Source of the DNA: Candidatus Saccharimonadota bacterium
GTDB lineage: Bacteria; Patescibacteriota; Saccharimonadia; Saccharimonadales; JAGQNJ01
Direction: 5' to 3'
Assembly (NCBI GenBank): GCA_020428405.1
Contig: JAGQMZ010000003.1
Span: 1-24,000 of the forward strand
Length of the DNA stretch: 24,000 nucleotides
This document shows positions 1-7,724 of the stretch, one piece after another. Within the stretch, counting starts at the first letter, position 1. Each line of letters opens with the position of its first letter. The notes below the pieces were generated by a model. The model did no database searches and was not told the DNA's origin. It saw nothing but the letters and a program-made list of their open reading frames with translations. The translations under genes were made by a program, and so were the position numbers.

Positions 1-1469
1 TATAACGAATTCTTTTCACTCTCTTTCGGCCAGGCATTAAAGCTGCAGCCTTGCAGATTTATTGATTGTTGTTGCATAACAGGCGCAAGTTGGCCGGCAC
101 CTTCGCAATAGCGGTGCCTAAAGCCTAGCCAATGCCCAGTTTCATGGTTGATTACCATAGAGCGATATTCATCAAGTCCGCCTCCGGCATTATTCCAGGC
201 GGGGCTTGCATTACTCCAGCGGTCAAAATTTATTATTACGTTATTGCCAACGCGGCAACTCCAGGTGGAGTCACAGATTGTAGAACTGAAACTTGGCACA
301 AGATCTGCTCTGGTTAGCCAAGCAGTATAGTTACAATTAGAACTTACTTCAGAAAAAGCTATTGCACCACCAAGACTCCAGCCGCGAGCATCGGCGTAGA
401 CTGCTTGTAGCTTGCTTCTAAATGCTCCAAGATATGATGCATCAACACCTTTGGCAGCCACACAATATGTGTAACTACGGCGTGCAATTTGTTGCTCGGT
501 TAACTCTAAGGTAATTGCTGATTTATCCTGGATAGCTTTTACTAGAGCTTTAGTGACTTCTGTTTTATTGCCAACGGTAATGTTATATAAATTGCCCAGT
601 GATTCAACTAAACTTTTTGCAGAAGCTTCACTTAATGCGTAAGAACCACCCTGTTCAATAAATAAATTTGCTAGCTGTTGTTTAGTAACCGCTTGCTTAT
701 TATTTGCAAAAACAATGACAATGTCTACAGCTAACATCTCGTTTAGATTATCTAAGTTTTTTTGCAAGCTTTCGGCCGTAATCTCTGGCTGTTGTTCTTT
801 TACGGGTAAATCAATAGTTGGATTACTATTTTTAATAGAACTTAAGATTGATTCTAAGGCTGAATCTTGGTCGATATTTTGGCCAATCTTCTCTATAGAA
901 GTAGCAAATGTAGCATCAACTAGTTCAATTCGGGCGTTTTCTGGCGGTGTATTAAGATTTTCTGAGGCTAAATTTATTGTTCTACTAAATAAATCGTTAT
1001 CAGTAGTGTAGCCCAGCTCTATGTTATTCTCTGTAAATAGATTAACAACAGGTAGCCAGTGCCGAGATTTTGCAGAATTTATAAGCTGAGATGTATCAAT
1101 TTGTATTCCAAGGTCATTCAGGGTTGTTTTATGCTCCTTAGAGGCAGCTTTTAGGGTAATTCCCTGAATATTTTCAATAACAGACATAGCTGAATCTTCT
1201 ATAGAACTATATGATTTTGCGCCAATTGGTTGATTGTTAATAAGTGTTTTGGGATAGGTTTTTTGCCTATAAACTATAAATAAACTTACATTAAGCAAGA
1301 TAAATATAATTATAAAACTAACTACTGCGATAATTATTTTTTGTTTTGAAGCATTATTTCTAAAAAAGTTGTACAAATTAGAATTTAGCTTTTTGCTAAA
1401 TTTGGATTTTTTCTCTGAGACTTTCACTGATTTGTGGTTTGAGGAAGCCGATTCTTTAGCTTTATTCAT
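1..1469 (-). CDS. Membrane-anchored DUF3152-like putative zinc metalloprotease (partial; 3' end runs off the window start)
   Basis: Not in the ORF track because no stop lies in the window. My manual translation of the minus strand from ATG (complement of 1467-1469) is open for 489 codons down to base 3. The N-terminus is basic and followed by one TM helix (IIIAVVSFIIIFILLNVSLFIV). The C-terminus reads YRSMVINHETGHWLGFRHRYCEGAGQLAPVMQQQS..GCSFNAWP, an HExxH motif in the context I recall for DUF3152 proteins (YR.YVINHEVGHALG...APVM.QQ...C..N.WP). The plus-strand ORFs at 132-330 and 715-1011 are antisense to it. Confidence 0.7.
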   Translation of the reverse strand, partial: MNKAKESASSNHKSVKVSEKKSKFSKKLNSNLYNFFRNNASKQKIIIAVVSFIIIFILLNVSLFIVYRQKTYPKTLINNQPIGAKSYSSIEDSAMSVIENIQGITLKAASKEHKTTLNDLGIQIDTSQLINSAKSRHWLPVVNLFTENNIELGYTTDNDLFSRTINLASENLNTPPENARIELVDATFATSIEKIGQNIDQDSALESILSSIKNSNPTIDLPVKEQQPEITAESLQKNLDNLNEMLAVDIVIVFANNKQAVTKQQLANLFIEQGGSYALSEASAKSLVESLGNLYNITVGNKTEVTKALVKAIQDKSAITLELTEQQIARRSYTYCVAAKGVDASYLGAFRSKLQAVYADARGWSLGGAIAFSEVSSNCNYTAWLTRADLVPSFSSTICDSTWSCRVGNNVIINFDRWSNASPAWNNAGGGLDEYRSMVINHETGHWLGFRHRYCEGAGQLAPVMQQQSINLQGCSFNAWPKESEKNSL

Positions 1470-1512
1470 GATTTATAGAATATCATTACAGAGGTAGAGT
1501 AGCAACATAGTA

Positions 1513-1540
1513 TTGACATAATGATATTTAAGTGTATAAT
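1513..1540 (+). promoter_or_regulatory. Sigma70-type promoter TTGACA-N16-TATAAT upstream of the lipoprotein gene
   Basis: TTGACA at 1513-1518 and TATAAT at 1535-1540. The GTG start at 1550 lies only 9 nt after the -10 box and has no Shine-Dalgarno. Confidence 0.5.
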
Positions 1541-1549
1541 CAATAACTT

Positions 1550-2239
1550 GTGAGTAAAGAAATTATAAGACCAGAAACTTGTCCTCAAGAATCAATAATT
1601 AAGAGAGCTGCGGCTGCTGGTATGCTAGTTTTGTCACTAGCTGGTTGTACTTTTCAGCAAGAGCAACCTAACCCTGCTGCTGGCGAGCCAGTGCCAACAA
1701 TCATTCCTGAAGTTGAGTCGACTTATCCTCCTACCACGGAAACTGATGCAACTGATTACGAGAGAAGTCCAGAAGCAAAGCAAACTAATATAAATCAGCA
1801 ATTAAGCGAACTTTTCGATAAGGTTTATTCGGGTGATGTACCAGGCGAATTTAGTTTAAATATTTCAGCTGGCGAAAGCTACGGCGACACTAGATATTAT
1901 GAAGCATCTACCGGAATTGGCGACAAACAACTAACAGTTGCTTTAGAAGCCCCAGGATCCTCTGATAAATCAAATATAGAAAAGGCAACATTTGTTATGG
2001 CCAGACTTTCTAATCATAGTAAGGGTGGAGAGCCCTCATTAGATAACCCAGACGGCAGTGTTACTATTGCAGAAGTAAGTGTAATTGCCCAAAACGGTTT
2101 TAGGACAGAAACAGTTGGTCAAGGTGATGTAGGTCAATTTTCTACAAGAGATTTACAGGGTAATGAGTTAGGGCAACAACTCGACTCTGCTCAATCTGCC
2201 CTAAACCAAATTGAGCAGTTCTTTGGTGAACAGGCTTAA
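1550..2239 (+). CDS. Putative secreted lipoprotein, function unknown
   Basis: 229 aa ORF with a GTG start. It has a signal peptide with lipobox L-A-G-C (MLVLSLAGC). The mature part is acidic and Thr/Pro-rich. Confidence 0.6.
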   Translation: MSKEIIRPETCPQESIIKRAAAAGMLVLSLAGCTFQQEQPNPAAGEPVPTIIPEVESTYPPTTETDATDYERSPEAKQTNINQQLSELFDKVYSGDVPGEFSLNISAGESYGDTRYYEASTGIGDKQLTVALEAPGSSDKSNIEKATFVMARLSNHSKGGEPSLDNPDGSVTIAEVSVIAQNGFRTETVGQGDVGQFSTRDLQGNELGQQLDSAQSALNQIEQFFGEQA

Positions 2240-2243
2240 GTTA

Positions 2244-2272
2244 TTGACTACCACCCCTGTTTAAAGTATAAT
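2244..2272 (+). promoter_or_regulatory. Sigma70-type promoter TTGACT-N17-TATAAT for the rpsF operon
   Basis: TTGACT at 2244-2249 and TATAAT at 2267-2272 with a 17 nt spacer. A roughly 65 nt leader ends in the strong RBS AAGGGAGG (2333-2340). Confidence 0.6.
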
Positions 2273-2344
2273 TTATACCAAGCCAAATAGGCTTCAGCCT
2301 GTATCAACTTTAGGAGTACGGGTTTTAACCAAAAGGGAGGTCTC

Positions 2345-2707
2345 ATGAATAAATATGAGTTAGCGGTGTTGTATCACCCAGATCTAGAAGTTGATCTAGA
2401 AAAGGGCGAACAACGCGTTAAAAAAATTGTTGCTGACAACAAGGGTAAAATTGTTGGTAGCGACAGCTGGGGCAAGCGCAAACTTGCTTACCCAATTGCC
2501 AAAAATGAGTCTGCGGTTTACGTGTTTTACACTGCAGAATTGCCGCGTGAGAGCATTGGCAAGGTAGAATCAACACTTAATATTACAGATGAGGTAATAC
2601 GTTACCTAATCGTAAAAATTGACCCTAAAGCCGAGGCAAAAATTGCCGAAGCAAAGGCAGAAAAAGAAAAAAGTAAAAAAGACGACGAGGGTGATAAAGA
2701 GGAATAA
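2345..2707 (+). CDS. rpsF: 30S ribosomal protein S6
   Basis: The N-terminus MNKYELAVLYHPDLE...GKRKLAYPI is the canonical S6 pattern. It has a K/E-rich C-terminal tail and the conserved rpsF-ssb-rpsR context. Confidence 0.95.
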   Translation: MNKYELAVLYHPDLEVDLEKGEQRVKKIVADNKGKIVGSDSWGKRKLAYPIAKNESAVYVFYTAELPRESIGKVESTLNITDEVIRYLIVKIDPKAEAKIAEAKAEKEKSKKDDEGDKEE

Positions 2708-2738
2708 GGTACACTAGAGTTAGTAAGGGAGTATTGAT

Positions 2739-3206
2739 ATGGCAAAAGGTTTTAACAAAGTTATATTAATGGGTAACCTAACAAGAGACCCAGAAGTCCG
2801 CACAACACCAAACGGGCAAAGTGTGGCAAATTTTTCACTAGCAGTGAACAGAACCTGGAAAGGTTCTGACGGCAATCAGCAAGAATCAGTCAGCTACATC
2901 GACTGTGTTGCTTGGGGCCGCGTTGGTGAAGTAATTGCGCAGTATATGCAAAAAGGTAGGCCACTGCTTGTGTCTGGCCGCTTAGACCAGCGTAGCTGGG
3001 AACAAGACGGCAACAAGCGTAGCAAAGTAGAGGTGGTTGTAGAGGACTTTAATTTTGTTGGCGGTGGCGGTGGAGACTTCCAGGGCGGAAGTAGCTCATC
3101 ACGCAGTAACCAAAGTTCATCTTCAAAAGGTAAAAAAGACGAAGACGTCAAGATTGAAGAAATCAAGGATGATGAAGGGATTAACCTCGACGACATCCCA
3201 TTTTAG
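2739..3206 (+). CDS. ssb: Single-stranded DNA-binding protein
   Basis: An OB-fold N-terminus (FNKVILMGNLTRDPEVRTTPNG..VANFSLAVNR), a Gly/Ser-rich linker and the acidic C-terminal tip DDIPF. Confidence 0.95.
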   Translation: MAKGFNKVILMGNLTRDPEVRTTPNGQSVANFSLAVNRTWKGSDGNQQESVSYIDCVAWGRVGEVIAQYMQKGRPLLVSGRLDQRSWEQDGNKRSKVEVVVEDFNFVGGGGGDFQGGSSSSRSNQSSSSKGKKDEDVKIEEIKDDEGINLDDIPF

Positions 3207-3293
3207 GCCACGCTACGCTGGCCCATGAGAAAACCCAGGTTTTCTCATCGCACCTTCTGGAATAAATCCAGATTTGCCAGAGGCAAAACGGTG
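3206..3293 (+). other. Three consecutive RNA stem-loops immediately after the ssb stop (possible terminator or attenuator, or a leader of the following ORF)
   Basis: (a) GGCCA 3206-3210 pairs with TGGCC 3219-3223. (b) ATGAGAAAACC 3225-3235 pairs with GGTTTTCTCAT 3238-3248, an 11 bp stem. (c) A three-way junction is closed by CACC 3251-3254 and GGTG 3290-3293. It contains TCTGGA/TCCAGA (3256-3272) and TTTGCC/GGCAAA (3273-3287). No U-tract follows any of them. Confidence 0.4.
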
Positions 3294-3339
3294 CTGCTCT
3301 TTCCTGAGCTAGGCAAAAATAGCAAGGAGTAAATAAACT

Positions 3340-3594
3340 ATGAGCTTTGAAGTACAGTGCGGAACAAATGAAATGTGTAATGATTGCCCGATGAAGGATT
3401 ATGAGTCTGATAGGGCACAAGAACTCGGCACAATAGCCGCATGCTACGCCGAAGACGATAACATTTCGAGCGATATAGTTCTAAACAGGCTAGCAGATGT
3501 TGTTGGAACAGAAGTCACGAAAGTAGATAGAGCTCGAGTTAGAATGGCTGTAGTAAATATGTCACTAGGCAAATGTGAAATAAAGGAGATTTAA
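3340..3594 (+). CDS. Hypothetical small acidic Cys-containing protein (84 aa) between ssb and rpsR
   Basis: The ORF has an AAGGAG RBS (3323-3328), and its stop lies 3 nt before the rpsR ATG. It contains C-x5-C-x2-C near the N-terminus plus two more Cys. I recognise no family. Confidence 0.45.
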   Translation: MSFEVQCGTNEMCNDCPMKDYESDRAQELGTIAACYAEDDNISSDIVLNRLADVVGTEVTKVDRARVRMAVVNMSLGKCEIKEI

Positions 3595-3597
3595 ATA

Positions 3598-3801
3598 ATG
3601 GCAAAGATTTTTAGAAAAAGAGATGAAGTAGCGTTTTTTGACTACAAGGATTTTAAGACCTTGCAGCGCTACGTTAACGTTTTTGGTCAAATTGAACCAC
3701 GCAAAAAGACTGGTTTAACAGAGAGCCAACAACGTCACCTTAGCCGTGCAATTAAGCGTGCGCGTCACCTAGCATTACTACCATTCGTAGCAAACAACTA
3801 A
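3598..3801 (+). CDS. rpsR: 30S ribosomal protein S18
   Basis: FFDYKDFKTLQRYVNVFGQIEPRKKTGL...QRHLSRAIKRARHLALLPF is the canonical S18 sequence. AAGGAG RBS at 3583-3588. Confidence 0.95.
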   Translation: MAKIFRKRDEVAFFDYKDFKTLQRYVNVFGQIEPRKKTGLTESQQRHLSRAIKRARHLALLPFVANN

Positions 3802-3802
3802 A

Positions 3803-3971
3803 TAGTACATTCACATCGTAATTTTCTGCCAACCAGCCAAGCTGGTTGCACCAAAATTACTTCTGGCGCACTACTTTGTCAGTAGTTACAGTGCTCGGTC
3901 AACGTACCAAACGTACGCTTCCCTCCGCGCTTCACTACTTCCTAGTATTGCACTCAGATGTGAAAGTACTA
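3803..3971. ncRNA. Candidate structured RNA or element (about 169 nt): four hairpins enclosed by a 15 bp closing helix
   Basis: The closing helix pairs TAGTACATTCACATC (3803-3817) with GATGTGAAAGTACTA (3957-3971), 14 of 15 positions paired. Inside it are a long hairpin at 3818-3860 (GTAATTTT/AAAATTAC, TGC/GCA, AACCAGC/GCTGGTT) and hairpins at 3868-3894, 3903-3917 and 3933-3950. I recognise no family, and the strand is undetermined. Confidence 0.35.
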
Positions 3972-4034
3972 AATATATACCCCAGCAAAGTGTGAGCACT
4001 ATAATGTGTAGTTGGTTATAATATAAGGAGATTT

Positions 4035-4598
4035 ATGGCGTTTGGAATTACAGATTTAAAGAAAGGAACGTTGTTTCAATGGAACGGCGAACCTTACAAA
4101 GTTGTTGAATACGCACAAAAAGTAATGGGTCGTGGTGGCTCAATCGTTAACGTGCGAATTAAAAGTTTGATAGATGGCAAAGTGCTAGAAAAGACGTTTA
4201 AGGGCAATGAACAACTAGAGCCAGCAGAGGTCACAAACAAGAATGTGCAGTATTTGTATTCAGATGGCACTAACTTTAACTTTATGGAAGGCGATTCTTA
4301 CGAACAATTTGAGGTTGCTGCTAGTATAATTGGCGACCAGGCTGGCTATCTAAAAGAAGGCGACAAAGTTGTACTGCAACTTTACGAAGGCAACGTTATA
4401 AACGTAGAAATGCCAAAGAACGTATTTTTGAAGGTTACTTACACAGAAAATGTAGTAAAGGGCGACACAACAAGTAACGTTCTAAAAGATGCCGAGCTAG
4501 AGACCGGCATTACAGTAAAAGTTCCGGCCTTTATTAAACAAGGCGATGAAATTAGCGTAGACACTTCTACAGGGGCCTACCGTGAGCGCAAAAAATAA
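4035..4598 (+). CDS. efp: Elongation factor P
   Basis: 187 aa. DLKKGTLFQWNGEPYKVVEYAQKVMGRGGSIVNVRIKSL matches the EF-P domain I pattern, including the KxxGRGG loop. RBS AAGGAG at 4025-4030. Confidence 0.93.
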   Translation: MAFGITDLKKGTLFQWNGEPYKVVEYAQKVMGRGGSIVNVRIKSLIDGKVLEKTFKGNEQLEPAEVTNKNVQYLYSDGTNFNFMEGDSYEQFEVAASIIGDQAGYLKEGDKVVLQLYEGNVINVEMPKNVFLKVTYTENVVKGDTTSNVLKDAELETGITVKVPAFIKQGDEISVDTSTGAYRERKK

Positions 4599-4620
4599 TA
4601 GGTTATAATTATATTGCATT

Positions 4621-4881
4621 ATGATGCAAAATATTGCTTTTATTGGCACTGGGACTTGTGATGAAGCAAAAATTCAGCTAGCCCACAATGTACGCATAGG
4701 TCTGTTTATTGGGTTCATTTTGATAGCGTTTATTCTAACTAGGCTAGTTTTTTTGAAAAATAACGTTCGCACTCTATTCAAAATTTTGACATTTATTGGA
4801 CTCATAATTATTTTTGTAGTTTTTTTGTTTATAGCGTTAATTTTTGAATTGGATGCAGCTTGTGGTAACTGGGGTAGCTAG
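4621..4881 (+). CDS. Hypothetical small integral membrane protein (2 predicted TM helices)
   Basis: 86 aa ORF with two long hydrophobic segments. TATAAT at 4604-4609 lies 11 nt upstream of the ATG, with no SD. Confidence 0.45.
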   Translation: MMQNIAFIGTGTCDEAKIQLAHNVRIGLFIGFILIAFILTRLVFLKNNVRTLFKILTFIGLIIIFVVFLFIALIFELDAACGNWGS

Positions 4882-4898
4882 GATTAATTGGACAAATT

Positions 4899-5366
4899 GT
4901 GAAAGAAAGAAATAACCAAAATGTTAATAAAGCTGTTCAGGTATTAATTGACAACGGCAAGGGTTGGGTTTTAGAACATCGCCAAGATAAGGACGGCATT
5001 TTTTGGCCAAACAGGTACGGTCTGTGGGGTGGTTCTTTTGAAGATGCAGATGAAAACAAGCCAATAAATGCCGCACTAAGAGAAATTTTTGAGGAATCAA
5101 GGCTTACAGAAGACGATCTTGAGTATAAAAAAATGAACGTAGTTGAATATAAAATGAAAGAATTTATTCATGGACCTTCTGCGCCTACAGAGGTTCATTA
5201 TTATTACGCAAAGTTAAAAAAAGATGTAGCAATACATGCCTACGAGGGCGACGTAATAAAAGTATTCGCATATGATGTTCAGTTTGAAAATAACCATGAG
5301 TTTACCCCTTATGTTGCAGATGCGGTGCATATGGCAGAGAAGATAAAAAATGAAGCACAGGCTTGA
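4899..5366 (+). CDS. NUDIX-family hydrolase (divergent Nudix box)
   Basis: 155 aa with a GTG start. GGSFEDADENKPINAALREIFEESRL resembles the Nudix box GX5EX7REUXEEXGU, but with a 2-residue insertion and G replaced by R. Confidence 0.55.
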   Translation: MKERNNQNVNKAVQVLIDNGKGWVLEHRQDKDGIFWPNRYGLWGGSFEDADENKPINAALREIFEESRLTEDDLEYKKMNVVEYKMKEFIHGPSAPTEVHYYYAKLKKDVAIHAYEGDVIKVFAYDVQFENNHEFTPYVADAVHMAEKIKNEAQA

Positions 5367-6069
5367 TCAACATATATTCAAGATTGGTTTGGCAGAATCT
5401 AGAAGCCAGGCAGAGAATTTTATTAAACTTGGCGAAGTGAAAGTTAACGGCAGAGTTATTAAAAAAACTGGCTACTTTGTTGATGAAGGCGATGACATAA
5501 AGGTGACGGCAGGCGAAAGGTATGTTTCAAGAGCAGGCTTAAAGTTGGCATCTGTAGCCCAAGAATTTGGGTTAGATTTTAAAGACAAAATTGTATTAGA
5601 CGTTGGCTCTTCAACAGGGGGTTTTACAGATTATGCCTTGCAGCACGGTGCAAAAAAGGTTACTGCAGTTGATGTTGGCACAAACCAATTACACCCAAAG
5701 CTAAGGGGAGAAGAGCGCATAGATTTAAGAGAGCAGACAGATATAAGAGAAATTGCAAATTTGTCGCAATTTCCAGATATAGTTGTGATTGATGTTTCCT
5801 TTATTTCGTTAAAAGAAGTGTTGCCTTCAGTTGCAAAATTATCTAGTAAAAACACTAAAATTGCAGCCATGCTAAAGCCACAGTTTGAGGCAGGCGATAA
5901 CTCAAAACACAAAGGTGTAATCAAAAATGAACGAATGCGACGAGATATTTTAAAGAACTTTGAAGAATGGGCAAAAGAGAGGTTTGTGATTTTAGATAAA
6001 TCAGATAGCAAGGTCCACGGTGCAAAAGGTAACCAAGAACGTTTTTATGTCTTAAAAAAGCAAAGATAG
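5350..6069 (+). CDS. tlyA: TlyA-family rRNA 2'-O-methyltransferase (S4 domain plus FtsJ-like methyltransferase)
   Basis: An S4-like N-terminus (RLDQHIFKIGLAESRSQAENFIKLGEVKVNG), then YVSRAGLKL and the SAM-binding motif VLDVGSSTGGFTD. It overlaps the upstream ORF by 17 nt. Confidence 0.85.
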   Translation: MKHRLDQHIFKIGLAESRSQAENFIKLGEVKVNGRVIKKTGYFVDEGDDIKVTAGERYVSRAGLKLASVAQEFGLDFKDKIVLDVGSSTGGFTDYALQHGAKKVTAVDVGTNQLHPKLRGEERIDLREQTDIREIANLSQFPDIVVIDVSFISLKEVLPSVAKLSSKNTKIAAMLKPQFEAGDNSKHKGVIKNERMRRDILKNFEEWAKERFVILDKSDSKVHGAKGNQERFYVLKKQR

Positions 6070-6083
6070 CATAAAATAGTAAC

Positions 6084-6956
6084 ATGAGCTACGTTGTTAG
6101 TCCGCAAAAAAAGAATAAATCTAACAAAAAAGTCTACATTATTTTGGCAATTTTATTAATGTTCACAGCATTATTTATGGCCTGGTGGCTGTTTATCCTA
6201 AGTTCTGAGCCAGAACAACAGGCAATAGAACAAACTCAAGTGGTACAAGAGGAGCCGGCTGTAGAAGAGCAAACAGAGACTTTCCCAGACTTGCAGCCAG
6301 TTGTAGATAACTGGGTAGACTCTCACCCCGGTACATACTCAGTGATAATTACAGACAGAACCGGCGAAATTCTTGCTCAGAGTAATCCAAATCAGGTGTT
6401 TTTTGCGGCAAGCCTTTACAAGCTTTTTGTGGCATACGAAGGCTACAGAAAGATTGATGACGGCACTTACAGTTCTGGCGAAGTACTTCAGGGTGGCAGA
6501 ACAGTAGGACAATGTTTGGATGTTATGATTAGAGACTCTGACAGCCCTTGTGGCGAGGCAATGATGGCTGATCTAGGGCAACAATATCTTACAGAAAAAA
6601 TGGAAGAATATGGGCTAAAAAACACATCTCTTAATGGTATTCAAACAACCGCACTTGATTCTGCACTTATATTACAAAAAATTTATGGAGGTGTTGGTCT
6701 TACTGCGGCTTCAAGAGAGGCCTACTTAGATTCAATGAAAACGCAAGACAGTGAATTTAGGAGAGGTTTGCCATCTGGTTTTGTTGAATCAGCTGTGTAT
6801 AACAAGGTTGGCTGGAATCTAGATAAGGAGTGGCATGATAGTGCAATTGTCGAGCTAAAAGACGGCAGGGTAATAATAGTATCGGTGCTTACAACGAGTG
6901 CCGGTTACAGAAGTATAGCTGGTTTTGGCCAAGCGCTAGAGCAGGCCCTACAGTAG
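6084..6956 (+). CDS. Membrane-anchored serine hydrolase, class A beta-lactamase / penicillin-binding fold
   Basis: An N-terminal TM helix, then an SxxK motif (ASLYK), an SDN-like motif (SDS in IRDSDSPCG) and a KTG-like motif (KVG in YNKVGW), in the expected order. Confidence 0.6.
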   Translation: MSYVVSPQKKNKSNKKVYIILAILLMFTALFMAWWLFILSSEPEQQAIEQTQVVQEEPAVEEQTETFPDLQPVVDNWVDSHPGTYSVIITDRTGEILAQSNPNQVFFAASLYKLFVAYEGYRKIDDGTYSSGEVLQGGRTVGQCLDVMIRDSDSPCGEAMMADLGQQYLTEKMEEYGLKNTSLNGIQTTALDSALILQKIYGGVGLTAASREAYLDSMKTQDSEFRRGLPSGFVESAVYNKVGWNLDKEWHDSAIVELKDGRVIIVSVLTTSAGYRSIAGFGQALEQALQ

Positions 6957-7610
6957 TTTTTTCATAGCCTCACAATCTTTTATGGTAATAAAAGATTGTT
7001 TGTTTTTAACAAGACCTTTGCGCTCTAAGGCACTTAGTTCGCGGCTAGTTGTTTCGCGAGAGGAGTTAATAGAGCTGGCAATATCTTGGTGCCGAAGCGG
7101 TACATCAATTTTTGTGCCGTCTTTTGTTTCTTGGCCAAAACGCTTTGCCATAGTTAGCAAAAAAGACACCAGACGTTCTCTAACAGTTCTGTATTCCAGA
7201 TTTAAAATGCGTTCTGAGTGCATATGGTACTGGTCTGTTATTAGGTCAATCAACGGATATAGTGCATCAGTGTTTGTTAGGATAAATTCTCTAAATTTAT
7301 CTTTACTTATCCTATAGACTGTAGTTGTATCTAGTGCTTGGTAAATAATATCTCTTTCTTCGCCGGTAAGTGCAGATATAAGCGGGAAGAGCTCACGAGG
7401 CTTTCTAATAATTAGCAGGTTATCCTCACCATATTTGCTAATATTGAAGGCTTTTACCAAGCCTTTTTTAATATAAAAGATGTGATCAACAGTTTCGCCA
7501 GGGCGTATAATAAATTCGCCTTTTTGGTAAGTTAGCTGACTACCACTCTTGAAAAGGCTTAAGAAAATTTCAAGTTGTGTATCATTACCCAACATATATC
7601 TATTATACAC
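6948..7610 (-). CDS. Crp/Fnr-family transcriptional regulator
   Basis: 220 aa. It has an N-terminal cNMP-binding-like beta-barrel (FIIRPGETVDHIFYIKKGLVKAF) and a C-terminal HTH (RHQDIASSINSSRETTSRELSALERKGLV). Its 3' end overlaps the convergent ORF by 9 nt. Confidence 0.85.
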   Translation of the reverse strand: MYNRYMLGNDTQLEIFLSLFKSGSQLTYQKGEFIIRPGETVDHIFYIKKGLVKAFNISKYGEDNLLIIRKPRELFPLISALTGEERDIIYQALDTTTVYRISKDKFREFILTNTDALYPLIDLITDQYHMHSERILNLEYRTVRERLVSFLLTMAKRFGQETKDGTKIDVPLRHQDIASSINSSRETTSRELSALERKGLVKNKQSFITIKDCEAMKKLL

Positions 7611-7633
7611 AAGTTCTACATATATATAGTGTT

Positions 7634-7649
7634 TTGTGATAAAAATCTC
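7634..7649. promoter_or_regulatory. CRP-like palindromic operator candidate TGTGA-N6-TCTCA in the divergent intergenic region
   Basis: TGTGA at 7634-7638, a 6 nt spacer, then TCTCA at 7645-7649 (consensus TGTGA-N6-TCACA, 9 of 10 positions). It is centred about 31 nt upstream of the Crp/Fnr start and about 84 nt upstream of the 7725 ATG. Confidence 0.35.
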
Positions 7650-7724
7650 ACGCTATATGTGTTTGAAATAACAGACTGATTAATTTTGTAGTGGGATGAT
7701 GTAAATGTTAAGGAGGTGTAGTAT

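Noticed and set aside
132-1011. Plus-strand ORFs 132-317, 148-330 and 715-1011 from the track
   Set aside because: They lie antisense to a continuous 489-codon minus-strand ORF (1-1469) with a recognisable HExxH/DUF3152-like domain. They have no RBS and low-complexity translations.
2273-2344. Possible S6:S18 autoregulatory rpsF leader motif
   Set aside because: The roughly 65 nt leader can form small hairpins, for example CCTGTA/TACGGG. I cannot verify the conserved features of the published rpsF leader motif from memory, so I make no call.
2894-3420. Minus-strand ORFs 2894-3196 and 3181-3420
   Set aside because: The first is antisense to ssb, and its Ser/Pro-rich translation mirrors the Gly/Ser linker. 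The second spans structured intergenic RNA and the start of the 3340 ORF. Neither has start-site signals.
3803-3971. Assigning the structured element to a known RNA family (tRNA, SRP/4.5S, 6S, RNase P, tmRNA)
   Set aside because: It has no T-loop or anticodon-arm geometry and no SRP domain IV motifs. It has the wrong size for RNase P or tmRNA. It is multi-branched rather than the single rod with a central bubble of 6S RNA. I kept it only as an unclassified candidate.
3802-4034. Absence of rplI (ribosomal protein L9) after rpsR
   Set aside because: L9 often follows S18 and is reported missing from some CPR lineages. However, absence from one window cannot show absence from the genome.
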